Part shown: one piece after another, positions 57,468-64,000 of the stretch
Position numbering within the stretch: the stretch's first letter is position 1
Layout of the letters: each line of letters starts with the position of its first letter
Made by a program: the position numbers and the translations under genes
The notes under the pieces: generated by a model
What the model saw: only the letters and a program-made list of their open reading frames with translations
Told to the model about the DNA's origin: nothing
Databases searched by the model: none
Source: Chloroflexota bacterium
GTDB taxonomy: Bacteria > Chloroflexota > Dehalococcoidia > Lucifugimonadales > JADFKI01
Length of the DNA stretch: 64,000 bases
Direction: 5' to 3'
NCBI GenBank assembly: GCA_027623195.1
Contig: JAQBUT010000001.1
Location: forward strand, 1-64,000

Positions 57468-60146
57468 TTACGGCGCAAGGAGTCCAGGCGTAACGAGCGC
57501 GCCAAAGCCTTCGTCGTCAGGATGAAGCCCTAGCAAAAGCCTGCTCTTCGCAAGATCGAATATGGCGTCACGATGGGAGTTCAGCGAAATAAGCCGCTCC
57601 TGGGCGTAGCCAACTAGGCTTCCCGAAGGCAAACTCACCAGGTATTCGAAAAGCTCATCCGTGGATTCCAGTCCCAACTGTCCTGATGATTCCAGTTCGG
57701 CCCTCAGATGAATCAGGTTGGGGTCGTCCAGAACCACCAGCCACTGCAACACGAACCCCAGGTTATGCTCGTCCGATTCCATCTCGTCCAACCAGCCGTT
57801 GACGTGAGAATCGACGTAACGTTGGAAACCCTGGTGGTCGGGATACCGCATCAGAGGGGTCCCTATAAAATCCTCGATATGCAGCCAGAAGACCCTCTCG
57901 AACTGCTGGGCCTGCGCTTCCTGAATTGCGTTAACGGAGTAGAACTGTTCCATTTCACTCAGGAGCGGGTTAAAGGTGTCCTGCCTAAGATGCCCAAGCT
58001 CGTGTGCCAGCGTGGCCATGACCTCTGATACGGTGTTCTCCGCATCCACGACGAGGGCCACCTTGCCGAATCGTCTCCCCTTGAACCCACTGGTCCGCTT
58101 GAACTTCTCTCGTTCGTTAAATAGGGACTGATAGTCCTCTTCTTTGGCAACTGCGAACCGCTCTACGTAGCTGTCGTCAACCCAGGCCAGGTAGCCCTCG
58201 TGACTGAGCAGATAGATGTCTACCCTGGTATCCAGGAGGCTGTCGCCCGTGGCCAGATAAAAACCCGCGTCTGCCAGACGTAAAGCCTCTTCAGTCAGTT
58301 GGGGGCCATTACCATCCACTACAACATCCCGAGTATCCATTAGCGCCTTGAAGTCCGAAAGCATCGCCTGCAACTCTTCGTCGGTGTACGCGATGGGTTC
58401 CGGCGCTTCCGGGTCGCCCGCTTCCCAAACAAGCGTGGTCTCGTAGATGTTATCGTCTTCGTTCTCCTCCCAGACCTCATCATAAGGGTCGATGACCATC
58501 TTGAGCGTGTGCTCACCGGGGGTGATGGCAGTCTGGTTTTCCAGGTCCGCCCAATCGTTAATCTGTACAATCTGGGAAGCGTCTACCCCACCGGTTATCT
58601 CGAACACATTTACGAGGAAGCCGTCGAAATACAGCTCCACCTCGAACGACCTCAAAATATCATAGACGCTCCGATTCACAACCGACAAGTCGATGTATGG
58701 GGTCTGTTCGACCGTCAGTAGGGAATGCACTCCGGTTCTCTTTTCGTGGGACACCACGATTGGACCGTCGTAGCTGAACACCCAACCTGGAACGAGATTG
58801 GGCATAAACCCTGGATTGGGGAGGAGGTCATAAGAATCGTAGACAGGCCTGGGGTCTACAGCGCCTGAGGCCCACTCCAGGTCTAATTCCAAAGTGTTGT
58901 TGGTCTCATCGGATTCGTGGATGGCGTTGTGGGGGTCGATGACCATCGTCAGCTTGTGCACACCCTCATCGAATGCGACCACGCCTAACAGATCGCTCCA
59001 CTCGGAACTCTTTACCGACTGCCCCAGCACAAGACCAGGCCATGTGAGCTCCCTTACCATCATGCCGTCCAGGAAAAGATGCACCAGAACGTCGTCGGCA
59101 ACGCTGGCTATGCCAATGTTCTCAAGGCCGAGCTTAATGTATGAGGTTGAGTCCACGGATAACGGCCCGATCTTGGAATCGCCTTCATACGATGTAGCTA
59201 TCAGCGCCGAATCCCATCCATCAGGAGCTAAGGGCCGTAGGTCCGGCAACCTGCTGGGGACGGGCGTGGGCTCGGCAGGACTGGCGGAAGGCGACCAAAC
59301 GAAGTCCTCTTCGTAGGCGTTGTCGGTCTCGTCCGATTCGGGAAGAAGATTTGTCGGATCGACTACGATGCCGAGAGTGTGGGAACCAGGCGTCGGATGA
59401 GCTTTTTCCATTAGCTGTTGCCAATCGGGAACAGACCCCACGAATCCCGCAGGCAGTTGCGTGTTGCGCCAACGCTCCAGCACCATACCGTCCAGCGTCA
59501 GGTCTACGAAGAACAGCGTCGTCACGTCGGAAGGCCCTTCATTCGTTATGGCCCAGCTAATGTAGGTGTCCTCATCGGAGAACAGCCCTGTGTTTTCTTG
59601 CAGGCCGGCCTCGTTTGCCGCTAGCAAAGGAGCGCCCCATCCGCCAGGGGCTTTAGGCTTGAGATTGAAGTCCGGAGGCAATTCTGGGGATGGTAACACC
59701 GTCGGCACGTCGACATACGTAGCCTGAGCCTGCACGGTGGCGGTCGGGGAGGGCCTGAGCGGCCTGGGCGTTGCAGTTGGCGATGGCGTCTGAGCGGTCG
59801 GGACCAGAGTTGCTGTGGCCATCAAGGCCGTAACCGTCGCCGAAGGGACAGCTAGGGCAGTATTGGTAGGCGCTGGTGATCCGATGGCCCAGACGTTGGC
59901 CGTTGGCGAAGCTGCTGGATCAACATTGGTTACGGTTTTGTCACCCGCCAGCGATACTACGGTAGGCTGCGTAGTGGGCGACGCCGTGGGACTGGACGTA
60001 GCAGTGAAATAAGGCACCCGCGCCGTATCGCTGGATGCCGTATTCGGCACCTGAGGCACCGGCATAAAGCACGCAGTCAACAAAAACGCCAGTCCTGTTG
60101 AGACCAGCGCCTGGATGGATATTCGGTTGATTCGAGCTCTCTTCAA
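57468..60146 (-). CDS. Large lipoprotein with three CARDB-like repeats and a C-terminal HExxH domain
   Basis: LTAC lipobox, P/T linker, three DP....E.DE.NN repeats and AHELGH. Confidence 0.8.
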   Translation of the reverse strand: MKRARINRISIQALVSTGLAFLLTACFMPVPQVPNTASSDTARVPYFTATSSPTASPTTQPTVVSLAGDKTVTNVDPAASPTANVWAIGSPAPTNTALAVPSATVTALMATATLVPTAQTPSPTATPRPLRPSPTATVQAQATYVDVPTVLPSPELPPDFNLKPKAPGGWGAPLLAANEAGLQENTGLFSDEDTYISWAITNEGPSDVTTLFFVDLTLDGMVLERWRNTQLPAGFVGSVPDWQQLMEKAHPTPGSHTLGIVVDPTNLLPESDETDNAYEEDFVWSPSASPAEPTPVPSRLPDLRPLAPDGWDSALIATSYEGDSKIGPLSVDSTSYIKLGLENIGIASVADDVLVHLFLDGMMVRELTWPGLVLGQSVKSSEWSDLLGVVAFDEGVHKLTMVIDPHNAIHESDETNNTLELDLEWASGAVDPRPVYDSYDLLPNPGFMPNLVPGWVFSYDGPIVVSHEKRTGVHSLLTVEQTPYIDLSVVNRSVYDILRSFEVELYFDGFLVNVFEITGGVDASQIVQINDWADLENQTAITPGEHTLKMVIDPYDEVWEENEDDNIYETTLVWEAGDPEAPEPIAYTDEELQAMLSDFKALMDTRDVVVDGNGPQLTEEALRLADAGFYLATGDSLLDTRVDIYLLSHEGYLAWVDDSYVERFAVAKEEDYQSLFNEREKFKRTSGFKGRRFGKVALVVDAENTVSEVMATLAHELGHLRQDTFNPLLSEMEQFYSVNAIQEAQAQQFERVFWLHIEDFIGTPLMRYPDHQGFQRYVDSHVNGWLDEMESDEHNLGFVLQWLVVLDDPNLIHLRAELESSGQLGLESTDELFEYLVSLPSGSLVGYAQERLISLNSHRDAIFDLAKSRLLLGLHPDDEGFGALVTPGLLAP

Positions 60147-60955
60147 ATACGTTTCCGCGCCTTGTAGACTATCGAGAACGGCACCTTGCTTAGCCGCTCA
60201 TACTGGCCTTCCCAGAACGGTCCTCCGTAGGGAATGGCTCTCTTTTCCTCATCTGTCATGTCGTTGATATCGTAAGGGTAGGGCTCCCATATGCCCTCCA
60301 CCTGAAACCCCGCCGACACCAGCGTTGTGAACGTCTCCTCCACGGTCCTGAAGAAGGTAAGCCCCTGCCGGGCCGTTTCCCCCTCCAGCTCCTCCCAAAC
60401 CTCGTAGGGAGGTTTAAAGTAGTCGTTCACCACCAGAAATTGGCCTTCCGCTTCCCACTCGAATGCCGACATAGGGTGGGTCGTGCCCACGATTACCAGG
60501 CCGTCGTCGGCCAACACTCGGTGACACTCCCGCAAGCAGGCCTCCAGGTCGGGAATGAACTCCCACCCGAAACAGGAGATCACCACATCGAACGCGCCGT
60601 CTCGGAACATATTGAGAGTCTCGCCATCGGCGTTCAGCAGGCCTACGTCGACGCCCTCTTGCTGAACAAATTCCCTTGCCTTCGCTAGCTGCCCGGAAGA
60701 AATATCCAGGCCAACGCACCTGGCGCCCATCTTTGCCAGAGCGATAGAATTTTGAGCCGCGCCGCAGGCCAATTCAAGAACGGCCTTGTCGGTAACGTCC
60801 CCTAATATTTGTAACTCACGCTCTCCAGGGCAAAGTGGGGCGTAGTGCACATCGTCAAGCGAGATGTGAGTCTCGACCTGATACGCGCCGGACATCTCGT
60901 CCCAGCCAGCCTGAATTGCTCTCTTAATATGGTCAGTGGACAAGTTCGTAAGCAC
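60143..60955 (-). CDS. Class I SAM-dependent methyltransferase
   Basis: VLELACGAAQ, GLDIS and FDVVIS motifs. Confidence 0.9.
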   Translation of the reverse strand: MLTNLSTDHIKRAIQAGWDEMSGAYQVETHISLDDVHYAPLCPGERELQILGDVTDKAVLELACGAAQNSIALAKMGARCVGLDISSGQLAKAREFVQQEGVDVGLLNADGETLNMFRDGAFDVVISCFGWEFIPDLEACLRECHRVLADDGLVIVGTTHPMSAFEWEAEGQFLVVNDYFKPPYEVWEELEGETARQGLTFFRTVEETFTTLVSAGFQVEGIWEPYPYDINDMTDEEKRAIPYGGPFWEGQYERLSKVPFSIVYKARKRI

Positions 60956-61131
60956 CTAAACCCGGATTGAAGCAATTCCATCCTACCACGGCGGCGGTGA
61001 CAGGCCAGTGGGGTGCCTAAGACTAGCGCTGCCTTCACGACATCGTCTTAATAATTTGTCCCGTAAATACCGGCATTGCACTCAGCGTAAGACCTAGACA
61101 TACGCACAACACGCTCGGTTATGATAAGTGT

Positions 61132-61554
61132 GTGAAAAGCGTAATCTTCCTCCTGCCATTTATTTTCATATTGGTCTCCTGCGCACAAAATTCGTTCGAC
61201 CTTTCACGTTGCCAGCGAATTCCAGCTACGGAATCCCGCGAATTCGTCCGGCAGATGGATATCGAAGGGCTAACGGGCATTCGTTACATCATGGCAGTAA
61301 AATCGCTCAACGCCGATTTCTGGTTCGTTGCCATGGACTTGGAAGGCCCTGGCCTGGAGAGTCCAACTGACATCGCAGTGTGGGCCACTGAGCAGATAGA
61401 GCCCTTCCAGGGGCCTTTCATACCTGCTGACGAGCTTGCCGTTCGATACTCAAGGCATGGCGGCGCAGCACAAGAAACAATGTTCCCGCCTGGGACAGAC
61501 GGCATTACAGATGCCGTCCGCTGCTCCCGCTACATCGGCGCGCAACAGCCATAG
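61132..61554 (+). CDS. Hypothetical lipoprotein
   Basis: Hydrophobic signal peptide ending LVSC. Confidence 0.6.
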   Translation: MKSVIFLLPFIFILVSCAQNSFDLSRCQRIPATESREFVRQMDIEGLTGIRYIMAVKSLNADFWFVAMDLEGPGLESPTDIAVWATEQIEPFQGPFIPADELAVRYSRHGGAAQETMFPPGTDGITDAVRCSRYIGAQQP

Positions 61555-61602
61555 GCGCGAGCCCAAGGTAGAATGCGTGGCAACTTACTGAGGAGGCCCA
61601 GC

Positions 61603-62028
61603 ATGTCCGATTCCATTGAGCAGGCTAAGGCGGCCTTCCACCGATGGAACGCTGCATTCAACGCCCGGGATACGGATGCGATGGTCGCGGAGATGCACTT
61701 CCCGCACAGAAGGCTGAATGGGCAGAACCAGTTTGAGGTATGGGAGAACACTGACGACTTTCGTGCTACTCGCGGCGAGAATATGACGGCATCTCTTAAC
61801 GCCCAGGGATGGGACCACACAGCAACGACCTCCATCGAGGCCGTCCAATCCGGCCCGGACAAGGTGCACCTGGCCATCAATCAGTCCAGACGACGGGCGG
61901 ACGGCACCGAGTACAATGCATTCCCAACCCTCTGGATTTTCACGAAAATCGAAGGACGTTGGGGCGTTCAGTTCCGCTCGTCGTTCTTGTCGGAGCCTGT
62001 GCAGCCCAGTGGGGACGTGTTGGGGTAG
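61603..62028 (+). CDS. NTF2/SnoaL-like protein
   Basis: AFNARD...MHFPH and .GRW.V..RSS motifs; AGGAGG RBS. Confidence 0.75.
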   Translation: MSDSIEQAKAAFHRWNAAFNARDTDAMVAEMHFPHRRLNGQNQFEVWENTDDFRATRGENMTASLNAQGWDHTATTSIEAVQSGPDKVHLAINQSRRRADGTEYNAFPTLWIFTKIEGRWGVQFRSSFLSEPVQPSGDVLG

Positions 62029-62198
62029 GGGGAAGGCTTCTTGACTAGCATGAAGGCACGTATCGATCAGATACTAAGAGACCTCATGAACTCCAAAGTC
62101 CTAATGGCGATTGAATTACTAATCGTAGCCAAGGCAAACCAGGCAAAGGGTAGGGCAATCATTCAGCATGATTGCCCCTAAAAGCTATACACCTAATA

Positions 62199-62951
62199 TC
62201 AGGACGATGTCGTTCTTGGCTGCGGAAGCAGGTGGATTCCGCATTCTTTTGGCACGGAGTCGTCCTCCCACCACCATCTGCCTGCCCGAGCATCCTCGCC
62301 GGGCTGAGTTGGCCGGGTGCAAGGGGCGCAGCCGATGCTTGTGAAGCCCTGGTCGTAAAGCGCGTTATAAGGCACATCGTTGACCCTGATGTACTCCCAC
62401 ACCTGGTCCTCAGTCCAGTCCGCCAGAGGGTTGATCTTCAATATTCCACCGTGCGCGTCATCTCGCTCAACTTTTCCCGCCCCAGACCTGTTGGCGGTAT
62501 GGGAGCGGCGAACGCCGGTAATCCAGGCATCTAAGCCCAGCAGGGCCTTGTTAAGAGGAACCACCTTGCGGGTTTCGCAACAGAGCATTCGCAGGGACTG
62601 GCTCCGGTAGAAAGGGTTGGCTCCGTGCTTGGATACGAACTGAGTCAGTTCCCCAAAATCGGGGTAGTGAACGTCTATTCGGATGCCGTAGCGGTCTCGC
62701 ACTCTATCAATGAGTTCATGAGTTTCCTTGGGCATCCTTCCGGTGTCAATAGTAAAGACTCGGACACCTGGTTCAATACGAGAGGCGATATCCAGTATGA
62801 CCATGCCCTCTGCTTGAAAGCTAGTGCAAATTGATGCGCGCGAGCCGAACCTCTCGAGCGTCCATTTAATGATGTATTCAGCGTCTCTTCCTTCAAAGTC
62901 TTGGGAAAGGTTTTGAACTCCCGCTTCATCCAGGTCCTCCCTGACGGTCAT
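62199..62951 (-). CDS. cysH: APS/PAPS reductase (Fe-S type)
   Basis: DTG, CC..RK, TGVRR, NPLADW, SIGCAPCT, RAGRW and ECGIH motifs. Confidence 0.95.
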   Translation of the reverse strand: MTVREDLDEAGVQNLSQDFEGRDAEYIIKWTLERFGSRASICTSFQAEGMVILDIASRIEPGVRVFTIDTGRMPKETHELIDRVRDRYGIRIDVHYPDFGELTQFVSKHGANPFYRSQSLRMLCCETRKVVPLNKALLGLDAWITGVRRSHTANRSGAGKVERDDAHGGILKINPLADWTEDQVWEYIRVNDVPYNALYDQGFTSIGCAPCTRPTQPGEDARAGRWWWEDDSVPKECGIHLLPQPRTTSS

Positions 62952-62993
62952 CTAGGTCCTCCGGCTGTTATTAAGAAAGCGCAATTTCTGGGC

Positions 62994-63031
62994 AAAAGAA
63001 AAGCCCCTCAAGCGGATTTGCTTGAGGGGCT
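62994..63031 (-). terminator. Attenuator terminator in the cysH leader
   Basis: AGCCCCTCAAGC-N6-GCTTGAGGGGCT followed by TTTCTTTT. Confidence 0.85.
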
Positions 63032-63061
63032 GATTTTCGAACTTACTGAGTCTTTAGTTAG

Positions 63062-63163
63062 CTACACCTGCACACAATGACGCACAGGGGCAACAGAGTC
63101 CGAATCGGTCCCTCCGCTGCGACAACAACATGTACATTTTGTGCTTTGCATTTCATGCATCAT
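63062..63163 (-). CDS. Cys-rich leader peptide (MMHEMQSTKCTCCCRSGGTDSDSVAPVRHCVQV)
   Basis: Lies between the promoter and terminator upstream of cysH; C-T-C-C-C run. Confidence 0.65.
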   Translation of the reverse strand: MMHEMQSTKCTCCCRSGGTDSDSVAPVRHCVQV

Positions 63164-63172
63164 ACTTCCCCT

Positions 63173-63201
63173 ATAATATCCAAGCCATAACGATGTGTCA
63201 A
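63173..63201 (-). promoter_or_regulatory. Sigma-70 promoter for the cysH leader
   Basis: TTGACA-N17-TATTAT. Confidence 0.8.
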
Positions 63202-63392
63202 CGATTGAAAGCTCAGATTTGCGGGCTGTAGGCAGTATTCATTGACTGCTCTCTTAATTACCACTCAGATCACCCTTCAGGACACCCCATTTGCATGCTA
63301 TTCTCAACCTCGGACGCCTGAGAGTCAGAGGGAACTTCGGGATATTACAAACGACGCAAAATAGAGGACTGTAGGAAGTTGCGGGAGTGACC

Positions 63393-63468
63393 TGGTGGCC
63401 CCAACGGAATTCGAATCCGTGTTTACGGCTTGAAAGGCCGTCGTCCTAGGCCACTAGACGATGGGGCC
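63393..63468 (-). tRNA. tRNA-Glu(UUC)
   Basis: GGCCCCATCGTCTAGTGG..CT-TTC-AA..TTCGAAT..GGGGCCACCA; 76 nt with encoded CCA. Confidence 0.97.
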
Positions 63469-63582
63469 ACTAAAAAAGGCCGGGCGCCTCGACGGCGAAT
63501 GCCCGACCTTTTAATTCTACGGGTTATATCGGCTTGCCGCAACAGAACTCACGGCAAAGATTCGGGCCTATTTCGGCGATTG

Positions 63583-64000
63583 TTACGGATACAGGGCCAA
63601 CTGTTGCAGCCCCTCGTCCTCCGGCAAGCCGAACATCAGGTTCATGTTTTGCACAGCCTGTCCGGCCGCGCCCTTTACCAGGTTGTCTATGCAGCTAACG
63701 ACAATCAGGCGGTTGGTGCGAACGTCCACCGTCGGGTATATGACGCAGCTGTTGTTGCCCAGCGTGTGCTTGGTCATGGGCGGAGCATCCACTACCTTGA
63801 CGAAGGTCTCATTCTTATAAAAATCCTTGTAAAGCGCGGTAACCTCAGCCCTGGCGTCCTCGCCCATGGCGATGGCCCCCTCCTTGAGGTTGGCGTAGCA
63901 ACTGGACAGTATGCCCCTGGTCATGGGTATTAGATGCGTCAGGAACGTTATCTTTAACCTGCCGCCGTCGTGTAGCAGATCGAGCTCCTGCTGTATCTCC
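63583..64000 (-). CDS. argC: N-acetyl-gamma-glutamyl-phosphate reductase, C-terminal part (5' end off window)
   Basis: HLIPMTRGIL and IDNLVKGAAGQAVQNMN motifs. Confidence 0.95.
   Translation of the reverse strand, partial: EIQQELDLLHDGGRLKITFLTHLIPMTRGILSSCYANLKEGAIAMGEDARAEVTALYKDFYKNETFVKVVDAPPMTKHTLGNNSCVIYPTVDVRTNRLIVVSCIDNLVKGAAGQAVQNMNLMFGLPEDEGLQQLALYP

Noticed and set aside
62050..62181. 43-codon ORF after the NTF2-like gene
   Set aside because: Weak RBS, and it runs into the GGGCAATCAT/ATGATTGCCC hairpin that more likely acts as a terminator
63393..63468. tRNA-Glu as an integration site for an island
   Set aside because: No integrase and no duplicated tRNA 3' end seen in the window
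63430..63933. 167-aa plus-strand ORF
   Set aside because: Antisense to tRNA-Glu and argC; shadow ORF

Overview
A roughly 57% GC (by eye) bacterial chromosome segment. Its gene content and style suggest Chloroflexota/Dehalococcoidia, possibly SAR202-like (inference). It carries arginine biosynthesis genes (argJ-argB-UPF0182-argD, argG, argH, partial argC), rpe, hemL, tsaD, a TPP riboswitch-thiG-thiE-thiS operon, cysH, tRNA-Glu, a sigma-70 factor between two Usp genes, and many catabolic enzymes and lipoproteins. The strongest hidden signal is a thiolase-family gene (36668-37822, minus strand) that the ORF track breaks into pieces. It reads through two in-frame UGA codons, each followed by a SECIS-like hairpin, to give a 384-aa protein paired with a Zn-ribbon/OB-fold partner, i.e. 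a probable double-selenocysteine thiolase. Other notable items: an unassigned ~330-nt structured RNA with its own promoter and terminator (26541-26873, minus); a Cys-rich leader peptide attenuator before cysH; a tandem PLP-enzyme pair in which one copy lacks the Schiff-base lysine; a three-copy MITE family; a gene flanked by direct repeats; and an IS end truncating the first gene. All product calls come from motif recognition only; no database searches were run.
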